Source: Salpingoeca rosetta
Taxonomy: Eukaryota; Protista; Choanoflagellata
Direction of reading: 5' to 3'
Assembly (NCBI GenBank): GCA_033442325.1
Contig: JAWQFM010000001.1
Span: 1,134,124 to 1,179,776 of the forward strand
Length of the DNA stretch: 45,653 nt
Shown one piece after another: positions 21,201 to 39,015 of this stretch. The first letter of the stretch is position 1; every line of letters begins with the position of its first letter. Under the pieces are notes generated by a model, which made no database searches, was not told the DNA's origin, and saw nothing but the letters and a program-made list of their open reading frames with translations. The position numbers were made by a program, and so were the translations under genes.

Positions 21201-24200
21201 GATGCATCCAGCGCCAACACTGGTGGCGACAGCAGCAACACCGCATCTCAAGGTGACGATGGTGATGGCTCGTCATCGATGAAGCCTCTTCCGCTGTCTG
21301 GCGGGACGCATGAGCTGCTGGTATATGCTGTTGATCGCGTGGGTAACCTTCAGCAGCCACCGACGCGGTTCCTGTGGCGCGTGGACACTGACCGCCCAAC
21401 AGTTAAGGTCACCATGGGCCCGTCGCCCGGCAACGGATACGCGGTGCATGCCGCGTTTGGTGCGGACGAGATACCCTTCGATACCGGCCAGGGGTTTGCC
21501 TTTGTGCCTGCGTTGGAGGTTGAAGTTGATGGCCAACTGCTGCCTGACGTGTACTGCATTGAGCCCTCGCTCTCTTGCGCCGGCGCAACATGCCGCATCC
21601 TCTCCGCTTGCACCACCAACGCCACCAGCGCTGCCTGCCATGCCCAACGCCAGGCCCTGGGCTGCGCCACCACGCGCACCCTGCCGCTGGCCTTTGCCAC
21701 CACACACGGCCCGCACGCCCTCGCCATGCGCGCCCGCGACCCCGCCGACAACCTTGGCGCGTGGATGCGTCTCACGTACTCCGTGGACGCCGCTGCGCCT
21801 GCACCAGCTGTCATCGTCCCCGCAACCCCAAAAGAAGCAATGGACAACAACACATCGTCCGCCCCACTCGCGCTCGCCGTCTCCACCGACGATGGTGTAC
21901 AGGTGCTGACCCGAGAACCCAGCACGCTGTTGCTGGACGTGCGTACGCCCATGAGCGATGCGCTCTTCTTCGAGTGTGTGCAGTCGTACGAGTGTCTGCT
22001 GCGCACACCCGGCACCGGCACCACCACCACCACCACCACCACAGCAACAACCACAGGGTTTGAGGCGTGTGGACCACCGGTACCGCCAGCATGCACAATC
22101 GACGTTGCGGCAACCATTGCTGTCCAAGGCCCAGCTGTTCGATCACTGCTGCTGCGGCTGCTGCACAATTGCACAACCAATGACGACTGTGCCTTTCTCG
22201 GACACGCCAAATCGTCACAATCCTCATCAATAACAGCAACACCGTCAGCGGCGGCACCACTCCCGATCAGCACGGACGCTGCCATCCAAGCTGCGCTTGC
22301 AATCCACGTTCGCAGTGAGCTGGCCAGTAGTGGGGCGGGTGCACTGCTCGGGGTCCGCATTGGCGGCGATGCGCCGCCATCCCTGCTGCTCCTGCCGGAG
22401 ATTCGCGCGCACCAAACTGCTGCTGCGTTTTCCCAGGACGGTGGCCGCCAGTTTGGCGCTGCGGAAGCGGCTTTCGTCGAAGCCGTGTCTGCTGCTGCTG
22501 CTGCGGCACAGGAAGGTGGGACGCAGACGCAGCAGCGCCGGTGCAAAGTCAGCGGTGTCGCTGCTGCCCAGAACGGAAACGCCGAAGGTGTGGGGTCCTC
22601 AATCACGTCCTTGGATTTGCTGGCGTGTGCCGCCACGCCAACCAACTGCTTGTGGTCTTGTGCTGGACAGTTGAGGGATCATGCAGGCAGCAATGGCGGT
22701 TGGAATAGCACGCATGCCAACTGTACCATGTCGCTGCCACTCACGCCTGGCGCAGCGGCGGTGCAGTGTGGATCGACTGGCGGCGCCGCCCTACCCACAA
22801 ACGCCACCACAGCCACGCTGTACTCTCTCAGCACCGCAGCCGCTGGCGAAGGATACCCTCCCTGGCTCGCGGGCGTCAATCCAACGCTCCTCTTGCCGGT
22901 CACGCTGACGCTGAACCAGACCCAGTCCTATCCGCAACACCTGGCGCGCCTGGCCGCTGTCTCCCGTGCACTCAACAGCGAGGGTTTGCGCGTGGCCATT
23001 GAAGAAGGCATCGTCGATGGCGATGGCGCCGACCAACACGCGCAGGAAACAGCAGCTGCGGCACACACTCTGGTGGCCATGCATGTGCAAGCATCGCTAC
23101 TCCCGCCAATGGACACGGCCTCCATCCGTCCCACCGCAGCGGTGGAGTGGCTGGTGCAGAACGCCACGCTGCTGTCCGACGCTGTGGTCGCCAAGCTGGT
23201 GCCCCACTGCAATCTCGTCGGCACCGCGCCCTCGCACTGGCCCGATGCACTGGTTCTGTTGCTGACATCGAGTGATGTGGCGTCATGCTCCCAGCACGCA
23301 CGGGAGGCAGCGCAGCGCACGGCAAACACGACCCTCCTGATGCACCTATCCACCACAGACGGTACAGTAGCCCAGGTGCCACTGGCGCTGCACACGACTG
23401 GCGCCGAAGACATTGACGTGTCCTCAGCGGTGCGGGCAGATGCCGATGGTGCATCGTCCGTGTTGGCCGCACTGGGCTGGGCAGGGGTCGCGGCTGCGCC
23501 TATCCCCGTGCGCGTGTACCATCGTAACGCGTGCCCAGCGACCAATCCTCAGGCTGCACACGCAGGCAACCCGCCACTGTGCGTTCCCAAGGAAGACGGC
23601 GGGGTTCAGCAGGAGCTGCTGGTCCGAGCGGTGGATGCTGCCGGCCAACGCGGCGATGCTGCCCAGTTGCAGCTCTACTGGGACACAACACCACCATCAC
23701 TGGTGTGGAATGCACGCCCGCTGCGTGCTGTGACCACTGGCGATGCCTCCCAGCCAACGACCGTCACATTTGACTTTGCGCTCCTTGACCCGTTGCCCCG
23801 CACGGTACAGCAGCGGGTTGCAGCAACCGGTATCACAGCCACCTTTTCTTGTGCCCTAACCGAGGTAGCCGCCGCTCAGGCCTCGTCGGCCTCCGCGCCC
23901 GCGGTCCCGCGAGAGCTCTTGCAGGCATGCACACCTCCAATGAGTTATCGCGTGGTGGATGGCGCGTACGCATTTGCCGTTGTTCCAACGGATGAGCTTG
24001 GCAACGTCGGCCAAACTTCCGTCTACACGTTCACCGTGAGCACCGCCCCACCCGCACTCTCGGCCGCGCCTTTGCCTGCAGCCGTCTACCAGTACCCACA
24101 GGACATTCCACACCTAACTGTGAATGTGGCGGCAGAGGTCGAGACTGCCGCCCAGACCGGTAGCAGCCCCGCCGACGGCCTGTCGCTGAGATGTGTGCTG

Positions 24201-26540
24201 TGGTGGCGCCCGTGTGACTGCGTAGAAACGTGCGTTCAGGCGCCTCACGGCGCTGATGCTGCAATGCGGGTGACCCAGCACTTGGCGCCTGCGCTGGATG
24301 CACCGTGCACATCACCCATCTCAATTGCCACCCTCCTAACTGCTGCAAACCCACCGCTTTCAAGCTCAGGCTTGCCCTCTGGCCTATTTCCGGTTTGGAT
24401 TGCCCTCAACGTCTCCCTGGCTGACGACGCTGGCACCGACGCGACGGGCGCAGCCCCCGTCTCCTACTACGCCGTGATTGCCCCGGATGCGCCCGTTGTT
24501 TCGTTTGCTGCCACGTCTCTGCCACCGCTGAACACTCCGAGCGTGGCTGCTGAACAGTGGATCGTGTTTGGAGCCCGCCAGCACGGCGTTCCACTCCCTG
24601 TTACCGCGTACGAGTGCCAGGTGGTGACGCTGCCGGCATCTCTGCTCAAGGCGCAGGGCGTTGCTGCACCTTTCCGCGTGCACACGCGCGCAGAGGCGCT
24701 GCACATGAGGCATTTTGTGTCTGGTCAGGCAAAGGCCAAAGCGGAAGCCCTGGTGGCAGCGGCACCGTGGTTCAGGTGCACCTCCCCGATCAACGTCGAC
24801 ACGCGCGCCCGTGGCCTGCATGTATTCGCTGTGCGTGCGGTGTACCGCCGTGCGGAAGAAGTGCGGACGGCCGAGAGTGTTGTTGCGTGGCTAGGTGTCG
24901 CCCTGACCAGGCCGCATGTGGATGTGCTCACAGCTGAGGATGCAGGCGACATAGCTGCCGCTGCTGCTGCTGCTGCTGCTGGATTTGATACACAGCTTGG
25001 GCAGTACTCCGCTGACGTTTCGCTCGAGCAGAGTGATGAGGCCACCAGCGCCGTTGGCCCTAAGTCCTGTGCGCTGCGACTGAGCGTTGTGCTCTCGCAC
25101 GACCCGGAAACGCTTCGGTTTGACAGGACCAGGTTTTTGTCCAGCGCTGCGTGTACCAACCACAGCGTGCGTGTTGTGTGCAGTGTGCTCAAGCCCACGG
25201 AGCACGACCAAGTGCTAGTTGACGCACGCTTGCCGCTACCATCCAATCAACGTCAACAGCAGCAGCAAGAACAGCATGCCGTGTGGGGTGCAGGTGGTGC
25301 ACTGGTGAGTGCAGAGGCGCGGCGGCTTCTTCTTCGTGGCCAATGCCGCGCCGTGCTCCGCTTCCGCGGTGATGACGGCGTGGACGCCGGTCCAACTGTG
25401 CTTGCTGCTTCTCCCCTTGACTTTGAACGCGTGCGCCTGTTTCGCATCTCAGGTGCGAGCTCGGATGTCACCCATTCGCTCGGGCTGCGCTGCTGTGTGG
25501 GCGGCGCTTGCTCCGCTTCGACCTGCACAGCATGTGGTGGGGGCGTGTGTGCGTACGACTGCGGTGCGTTCGCGGCAGGCGCAGCAGCGAGCCCGCAGCT
25601 CGTACACAGCCAGTCGTGCGACTGTGAACTCGCCGCTGACGTGGAGTCGTGCTGGCCGGGCCTCCGGGCCACCAGCACGCGTCTGCTGGATGACTCGGCC
25701 GCTGCCGTGTTTGCTGCGTGGTACGAGGACGGCGCTGAAGGCCGGGGCCCTGCCGCAACTGCTGTGTGGAACGTGACGGCGGCTGAACGCGGCCGCACCC
25801 AGCGGTTTGGGCTGTTCACCATCTCGTACGACCTGCCTGAAAAGGTGGTGGTCGCTGGAGCCACTGCCAACGATGGTGATGGGTCTGCTGCTGCGGCCTA
25901 TGATGCAGCTGTTGCTGCCGGCACGAGGGACGGCACGCTGCCGCTGGGCTACGAGCAGCAGTCGACCGTGTGGATGAACATCACCACATCTGTGGCCATC
26001 GTTCGCGTGCAGTCACCGGCTTCGCTGCTGGAGAATGATGCTGCACATGACAGCGAAGACAACGTTGTGACAGCGTCGTTTGTGGTGCATGCGATAGCCG
26101 CTGCCGCGTCCTCACTGACCTGCACTGCAGAGTCAGTGACTCGTGTTTTCACGTGCACGACTGCAGCTGCAGCCGGCAGCGAGGGCATTGACGCGTGTAC
26201 GTCGCTGGTTACCTTTGGGCCACCGAACATGCTCTCCTTCTTGGGCCGATTTGAGCGTGTGTGCTTTGGGGCGAACGCGACGGACTGCCCGCATGTGAAT
26301 GGCCGTGCGGTGTATGCGTTCTCTCGCTCCTCCAGCCGCCTGCTCTACTTTGACACAACAGGATGGGTGCTGGTGCACAGTGCAAACGCGCGCGCTTTGC
26401 AAGATGGGCGGTCCGCACCACGGTCCTCTGTCTTGCTGCGCAGCGCAGACGATGCTGCATCCGTTGCGGCCATCCAACAGCCATGGCGGTTTCCAGACAA
26501 TCGCGAGGCCACCGCATTTTCAATCGCTTGTGGTGCGTGC

Positions 26541-26583
<43 letters not shown>

Positions 26584-26602
26584 CGTGCGTGTGTGTCGTG
26601 TC

Positions 26603-26677
<75 letters not shown>

Positions 26678-27502
26678 GACATTACCTTGGTTTGTGCTCT
26701 CCTCCTCCTCCTCCTCCTCCTCAACGGCCTTGCTTCGACACTCACATGTGGTTTTATATATTCGTTCTTCGTGCAGAAACTCAAGTGCTGGTGCATGCTC
26801 AAGTGAGGGCCGCCTCAGTTGCTGACTTGGCGGAGGCTGCTGCCGCTGATGACTTGAAGCTTTGCATTCAAAGCCACATCTCCGCTCCACCACGTGCATC
26901 CCCGCCTGCGTGTGCAGATGTGAGTGCTGCGATTCAGGCGGCGCTGACAAACAGCACGCGGCCTACAACGCCGGCGGCGGCAGCCGGTAGCAGCGCGAGC
27001 GGTAGTGCAGGTTTCGAGGTCGCTTGCCCGGCCACAAATGACAGTGCCCTTGCTGCGGTAGCAATCATCCTTTACCTGGCCTTCACTGTGTTGCTTTCGC
27101 TGTCCATCTACTACACACGCAAGAGGGTATGTGTGGTGTTGCTACTGCATGTCCACCTGCTGGATTGTGCCCTTGTTAGCATGCCGCTGCATCCAAAGGA
27201 GTGTGTGGACACCTGCTTACTCTTGCTTGTGGCACACTTGTTCCACTCGCAGTTGTCCCCTTCTGCGCTCACACATATAATTTGTGCCTGCCCGCGCACA
27301 TGATCTTGTCACGATTGCGATGCAGGAGGCGACGGCGATTGCTGCAAAGCACCTACGACGCGCGGTGTTGCTCAACTCGGAAGGCCTTGAGCTCTCAAAC
27401 GTGGAGGACTTTCTGACACACAGCGACGAGAGTGATGACAATGACGATGGTGATGATGATGATGACGAAGAGCAGGGAGAGCTTGAGGCAGCGGAAGAGT
27501 AG
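17530..27502 (+). CDS. Giant (~2,980 aa) type I membrane surface protein: signal peptide, ~9-10 bacterial-type Ig-like repeats, mucin CysD/WxxW domain, lectin-like jelly-roll domain, one TM helix, acidic cytoplasmic tail
   Basis: Exons 17530-18014, 18278-18414, 18733-26532, 26777-27126, 27326-27502; phases consistent, total 8949 nt. The exon 2/3 junction restores the repeat boundary FVI-D-TQAP. Signal MVLALLGLYGASA (ATG at 17725 is an alternative start). Repeat motifs C.LD....C, H.f.VRA.DAAGN and W.vDT.pP. TM ALAAVAIILYLAFTVLLSLSIYY followed by RKR. Confidence 0.8.
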
Positions 27503-27558
27503 CGCGGGTGCTGTCATTTCTCGTGCTGCGAGGGCGCAGTAACATCGACTGCTCGGAA

Positions 27559-27593
<35 letters not shown>

Positions 27594-27812
27594 CTTTCTG
27601 AAACACATGTATGTGGAGCTTTGGGTGCTGCTTCTTTGTGGATATGGGTGGAGCGTGCGCAGATGGGCTTGGCCGATGATGTGATGTGATTGATAACTTT
27701 CACTTGATTCTGTATTTGTTAGGACAGTTGCTTCTTCGATTATAACAGCAAACAAAAAAAAAACCAGCGGCAGCTGTGTCTGTGGCAGCATAATAGGTGG
27801 TGTCAAAGGTGG

Positions 27813-30800
27813 TTAGGGAGGGAAGTACTGGCGAGGAACGCCACTACACGCGACACACGCGGGGAAGCACTGAAACAAAATCAAAAAACAAAAAAGGGGG
27901 AGAATAAAGCACAGTGAGTGAGTACATGCAGCCGGAGTTCATACGCGACAGCAATAAACGCGGGACAGCAATGATAGCTCACACGTGCAGTACAAACACG
28001 CAAAACGTGCACATGCACACACGCAGAAAAAAAAAGAAATGCTTGCAGAGACACGCCACTGCAAGCATACACTCACAGAGATATGTCATTGCAAGCATAC
28101 ACTCTCTCACTCACTTACTCACTCATTCACTCACTCATTCACTCACTCACTCACTCACTCACTCACTCATTCACTCATTCACTCACTCATTCACTCACTC
28201 ACTCACTCACTCACTCACTCACTCACTCACTCACTCACTCGCTCACTCACTCACTCACTCACTCACTCACTCACTCACTCACTCACTCACTCACTCACCC
28301 ACTCACTCACTCACTCACGCTCAAGCACCTGCATGTACTCCCTCGCTCACCCCCTCCACCCGGAAACGGTACGCACCTTCTTTTCGGAGCATTCGGCGCA
28401 TTTCTTGCTCTTTGGGTTTGTACAGGGAAGAATGCAATTCTTGAGGGTGCAAAGTCCTTCTTGTGCCCAGCAGTTGGCGCAGCCCTTGCTCAGGCCAACC
28501 TAAGCACGTGGGTGGGGGGGGGAGAAAGCTTCAAATGTGAGCATTGGCAGCCAACCACCACGATGAACAATGAGGTAAGGGCGGAGAGACCGCGAATGGA
28601 TCAGTGCAGCAGGCGTGTACCTTCTTTTCGATGCAGGTGATGACGCATGATGTGCCAGAGGCAACACAGCTGATGAGGCACCCTTGAATGGACGGTTTCA
28701 TGGTAGACTTGGTCGCTTTGTAAGCATGCGCGTCCCTAGGATGAGGTGAAAACGTGGGCACGCATGCGTGCGCGCGTGTGCATGTATATATGTGTGTGAA
28801 GTGCATAGGAGATGACAACGACGATCAGATGGGATTTGCAGAGACAAACAGATAAGCAATAGTACCGCCTCAAGACACGCGTGCATGCACAAAAGAAAGG
28901 GGGTTGACTCACTTGCTGTTAGCGCAATGGCCTGTGCGCGCAGTTGTAAAGTGACGGTTGTTACTGAACGCCTAAGAATCCGCACACACACGCGCGCGCG
29001 CACACACACACACATGGTCACGCATTCGATTCTGAAATGTGAGGCACACAGGGACAGGATAACTCGCGCACGTCGCAGGGCAAACCCCTTGCACAGCAAC
29101 GTACCCCACACCCGATGGCGTTGCAGGCGCGCACACGGAAAGTGTACGTGGCTGATGGAAACAAAGGAAAGGTTGTGGTAAATTGGAGCCGCGTTGTGTT
29201 TCCCGCAAGACGCAGTGGCTCGTCAATCCACCAGTTGTCCTGCTCCACCTACAGAATCAGGCGTCAGCCAAATGTGAACACCGCCCACCGGCGGCGAGAC
29301 CAAACTACCAAGAAGACAATTCACGCGCACTTCCTTCCAGGCACAGACACACGCACACCCACGCACGCACGCACGCACGCAGGCACACACACACATACGC
29401 ACACAGCACACACCCACGCAACACCCACGCAACACCCACGCAACACCCACGCACACACACACACACATACGCACACACATACGCACACACAGCACAGCAC
29501 AGGTTACATCGTAACGGAGAATGGGGTGCCCTCCATCACCGGGTTTTCGCCAGCCAATGGTTAAACTGCCAACCACAACATAACAAGCAGCAGCAACAAC
29601 CCGTCGAAATGGACATGTCACATCACATGAAGCAACGCAACTTCTGAATGAAAACCAAGAGAACCGAGTCTGCATGGCTTGCTTGAAGCAATAGCACAAT
29701 CAGAGCGTTGGCTTTGCCCCTTCACTCCTTGCGCACGCCTCTCGAACGCAACACATGCACAACAACAACATAGTCAAAGGGTGTTCAACCACATGACAAG
29801 AGGAAGGCTGTTTCACATGTGCAAGACAAGGCCAACTTGCGCACCTTGTACCGTTGGCGCTGAGCGGGGCTGGGAGGATCGCTGGGGGAAGCGGAGTGCC
29901 GCCTTTGGTGGTTGATGCGCATGTTGCATTTGACCATGGCCCGCTTCCAATCGCTGTGATGGCGCGGAGTCGAAAGCAGTACGTGTGCAACGCACGCAGC
30001 CCCGTTAGCGAGTATGATGTGGAAAGAAACGAGTTTGAGAGGGTGTGAAACCCCGTGGTGCGGTTCGTACTTGAGACTTGAACCTCCACGGTCAGCAGCT
30101 GGGCGCCGTTTGTTGTGCAGTTGCGGCTCCAGCGGACAGCCATAGCACCAGCGGTGATGTTTCCAACACGGGGTCCTGGGCAAGCACCTGGCAAACCGGC
30201 GTGCACTGCATTCGTCTGCAGTGCAAGCGGCTTGGAGAAAGCACCAAACCCTACGTGGTTGTGTGCGCGCAGCCGGATCATGAACAGCGTGTTTGATGGT
30301 AGTTCGTGTACAGTCAGCGCTGTTGCGTTGTTTGTGGCATTTCCAAGCGAGTGGTAATCGCACGACCGCTGACAAGGTGATGACGATGATAATGCTGCTG
30401 CTGCTGGTGAGCCGAGTGGTGTTGCTAGTTTGCGGCCTTGCACTTCCACAAGATCACACGCGCTTCCTCCGCAGTGCAGCGGCCCCCATCCTACATCACA
30501 TGCAAGGAGTTGTGCAAGGAGTAGGCGAGAGAGCCGGGGCATGAAACAGATGATGATATGAGCGATGGTGAGCACGCCAAGGAATGGTCCAGTGGCCGCC
30601 AGGGCCGGCCACCACCTCCCAGTGGTGTGCTGGCAGTTGAATGCCCGTTTGAACGTGGTGGCGTGTGGGTGGCAAGCGCAGACGAGGCAAGCATACCGCA
30701 CCGATGGTAATGGTCGATTCGCTGCTGTTCAGGGGCACCACACCAACCACTGAGGCTGGGCGGTGTGGTGGTGCTGTGACGTTACAGACGGTCGAGTAAT

Positions 30801-32234
30801 TGCCGGGCCCAACGGAGCTCACTGCGCACACACGAAAGCAGTACCTTGCACCCAAACAACACAGCAGAGGTGTGAGCCGAACAACGAACAAACAGGAAAT
30901 CGTGATTGCACACAAGGCACGTGAATGTGCGTGTGCGCGTGCATGTGTGCGTGCATGTGTGCGTGCGTGTGCGTGCGTGTGTGCGTGTGGGGTATGGTTC
31001 TTTCTCGGTGTGCATGCGTTGTGTGTGTGTGTGACGTTCTTTTCGTCGTATGTGAAGGCATTCATGACTCTCACCAGGTGTCGGCGCGGAGGCCACTGAA
31101 AGTAAAATTGAAAGAATACGTCTGGGACACGGTAGTAAAGTTGCTGTGCTCTTTGCGCTGCTGGATGCGATAGTGGAGAATCACCCCGGTTCCTGCAGCA
31201 GTTGGTGCAGGATGTTGTTGTGTGGTGCGGTGTCAGTGTGCTGAATTCAATCACAGCCAGCATCAGCACATGCTGCTCACGGTCACAAACAACAATCCTG
31301 AGCACTGCTGGTCACGAACAAGCATGTTTGACCCCTCTCTGTATCTCGCACACACACACACACACACATGCATCCGTGGGCCCACCGGTGTTGTTGGGTG
31401 CTGTCCAGGTGATGCTTGCAGCGGTGCTTGTGGTGGTGGTGAGCACTACGTGGGGCGGACCCGGTGGTATCCTGCCGTGCGCAGCAACAGCGAGGATGAG
31501 AAGCAATGCACCACATTGTGTGAAACCCCCAAGCGGAGGAGAAGCACCACAGCGGGTGGGCGCGCGGCTGGCGGCCCTATGTGCTTGCATGGGAAGCAGG
31601 ACAAACTTGAAGAAACAAACGTGAAACAAACCGGCAGGATTCACGAAGCGCACACCATTGATACTAAAATCATCACCACACCTTTGTGCAGGCTTGTGCG
31701 ATGGATGATAAATGTTGATGCGGGGCAGAATGACAAAGTATCCGATGCAAGCCAGCACCACGAGCACCTGCCCAAGCCAAGCAAGCATAAACACGACCGT
31801 GGTGTCAAGGAACGGAAGCTGACGCCATAAGCACGTGGCGTTAGTTTCCAACCGTTTCGAACTCGCTTGCTTGCCCTTCCTTCTCCTCGCGTTAATCGAT
31901 GGCGATGCTTGCACGCGACACTTACCACGAGAGTAGCCAGCGAGCGGACGAGCCACTTTCGTCGTGAACAACACCTCTGCCGTGGTGGCAGAGTTTCCAC
32001 GCTTGAGACAGCACCACCATCATCAGGTGTCACCATGGAATCACTTTCTTCGAGTTCCGCGTGCGCTGTGGCACCTGCTTCTTCTGTTGCCTGCACACCA
32101 TGGCGACCAAGCAACGGCGCCCGCTCGTCTTGATGATGCTGGCGGTGATGGTGGTGGGCAGCACCACCGTCACAGCTGTTGTTCAACGTCATCCTTGTTG
32201 GTGTGCTTGTAGATAAGTAGCGAAACATTTCCAT
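27813..32234 (-). CDS. Type II membrane protein with four fibronectin type III domains and a C-terminal Cys-rich domain, ~647 aa
   Basis: Exons 32234-31926, 31767-31682, 31471-31386, 31192-31075, 30844-30702, 30490-29845, 29565-29508, 29248-29105, 28971-28913, 28735-28621, 28499-28377, 27869-27813; phases consistent, total 1944 nt. TM WLVRSLATLVVLVVLACIGYFVIL. FN3 signatures: ITWTAP..GLRADTWYCFRVCAVSSVGPG; LPSNTLFMIRLRAHNHVG; GLRALHTYCFRLRAITAIG; YTFRVRACNAIG. Ends CFPACVACSGVPRQYFPP*. Alternative start at 32192. Confidence 0.82.
28105..28320. repeat. (TCAC)n tetranucleotide microsatellite (intronic); similar tracts at 13858-13955, 18613-18712 and 32636-32830
   Basis: Directly visible tandem TCAC/ACTC units. 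Confidence 0.9.
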
Positions 32235-32268
32235 GATTTGACTCACTCGGATGACTGGATGAACGAGG

Positions 32269-37168
<4,900 letters not shown>

Positions 37169-37647
37169 CCAAACGAGTCGTTGAATCGACGCCTCACTTG
37201 TTTTCTCCGGTTGTTACTGGCTTTTCCCACTTGAAATTTGAGTTGAGTGGAAGTACAAGACATGTGTTCGACATAAACATGACCTTCGTGGCAGCAGAAT
37301 ACATCGAACCCAGCGTGGGACTGCGTGTGTGAGGGGATAGAACAAGAAGCCCTCAGCAATGAGCCCTACTGTTCGAGAAAGGTGTGCGTTCTGTTGGTTT
37401 GGTGCTGCCGAAAAGGGACGTGTTCATTGTTGGGGAAACAGCCTTTTGTGTTACGGGTATGTGCATTGTTGAGTTGAACCAGTTGTTCTCCATTTACACG
37501 CTGCTGGCACAATGAAGATCATGAGGTATGATTGTTGAAATTGTTCAAGGAAATGTTGTTGTTGAATTAGCCAAAACAGGAAGCATTCAAGGAGGATACA
37601 CATTGAAACCAAATCAACCAACCCCAAACACATCGTGCAGGCCTCTG

Positions 37648-39015
37648 CTCTCAGGCTACCCCCTTCTCCTCTTCACCAACGGAGAAGCAGACGTCAACGC
37701 CGGCCAAGGATGGGCCCGGCTCAAGGACCACTACGCTTCGCAGGACCGCCTCCGCATCGCAGAGCTCAAGGAGGCGCAGCTTCACGTCCCCTGCGGCAAC
37801 CTCGCCCGCTTCTTCGAGCGACACATGGAGCTGCAGCAGCAGTTGCAGGACGCGGGCGTGCGCCAGGACAACGAGGACCTCTTCACCATCGTCTGGAAGC
37901 AGCTGCCACGCTGGACAGCCCCGCTCACGCTTCCCTACTTTGCCAGTGGCCGCTTTCCCTCCCTCCTCGAGCTCAGCATCAGGCTGCAGCAGTTGGAGCA
38001 GCAGATGCGTGGTTCACGCACACAGCCGCAGGCAGGCGGCTTCATGGCAAGCGCACCGCCACGCAGAGGTAGAAGACGCGGCTTCTCCAACAACAGCAAC
38101 AACCACGGACGCCAGGGACGCAACAATGGCAACAGCAACGGCAACAGCAACGGCAAAGGGCGCCGCTTCCGTGGCAACTGTCACTACTGTGGCAAGTATG
38201 GACACCGTGCAGCAGAGTGTCGCAAGAAGCAACGCGACAACGGAGCAACAGGCTTCACTGCACAGGCACAGCATCAACATGGTCAAGACGCAGCAACCTT
38301 CGTCGCTGCCACAGCTACTACACCCACGCAGCTGCATGACCCACTCACGTGGCTTGCAGACACGGGTGCTTCACACCACCTCACCTTCGTCAAGGACGCC
38401 TTCGTGGAGTTGACACCGCACCTGCAACAGCACCATCCACGCCACATCACTGCGTTTGGCGGCACACGTGTGCCCGTGCGCGGTGTTGGCTCTGTGCTGT
38501 TGCATGCACGCACGACGAGCGGAGCCAGGATGCAGATTGTGCTACAGGAGTGCCTCTACGTGCCCGAGGGCCAGGCCAACCTCATCGCCCTCGGTCGTCT
38601 GACCAGGGACAGCAGCGGCAGGCCAACGGGCCACTCGCAGCGTGATGGCGCTGATGGGCACTACGTGCGCTTCAGCCACGGAGCCGAGGTCAAGCTGAAG
38701 GAGCGCAACAGCCTCCGATGCTGGCCCATTGTTGCTGTTGGTCCACCCACGGCACACGGACTCACCGCTGATGCCTGCAAGCAACCACAGCAACACGCAG
38801 CAGCTCCTGCAGCCCAGAGCAAGGCACAGACACCATCGATGCATGAGGTGCTTGGCCACCGCAACGACAACGATGTGCAGCAGTACTGCAAGCTGATGGG
38901 CATCGATGATCGCAACGCCATCAGCAGCAAGCAGTGTACAACGTGCGCAGTGACCAAGAGCACTCGTCACAGCGTCAGCAAGCACGCGGAACGCACACAG
39001 GTGCCCGGCGAGCAC
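37648..39015 (+). mobile_element. Ty1/copia retrotransposon fragment: gag (UBN2-like + CCHC knuckle), aspartic protease and integrase N-terminal zinc finger; truncated at both ends
   Basis: WARLKDHY; zinc knuckle CHYCGKYGHRAAEC; protease WLADTGASHHLT; YVPEGQANLIALGRL; HEVLGH...CTTC (HHCC). Homology stops at RTQVPGEH, where TGTTG begins. Confidence 0.88.

Noticed and set aside
19023-26477. Long antisense and alternative-frame ORFs over the giant exon (also over copia pol)
   Set aside because: These are expected shadows of GC-rich, codon-biased coding sequence, with no recognisable motifs.
37370-37630. Possible additional LTR (TGTT...AACA, AT-rich) just upstream of the gag fragment
   Set aside because: There is no second copy, PBS, PPT or TSD in the window, so it cannot be supported without a genome search.
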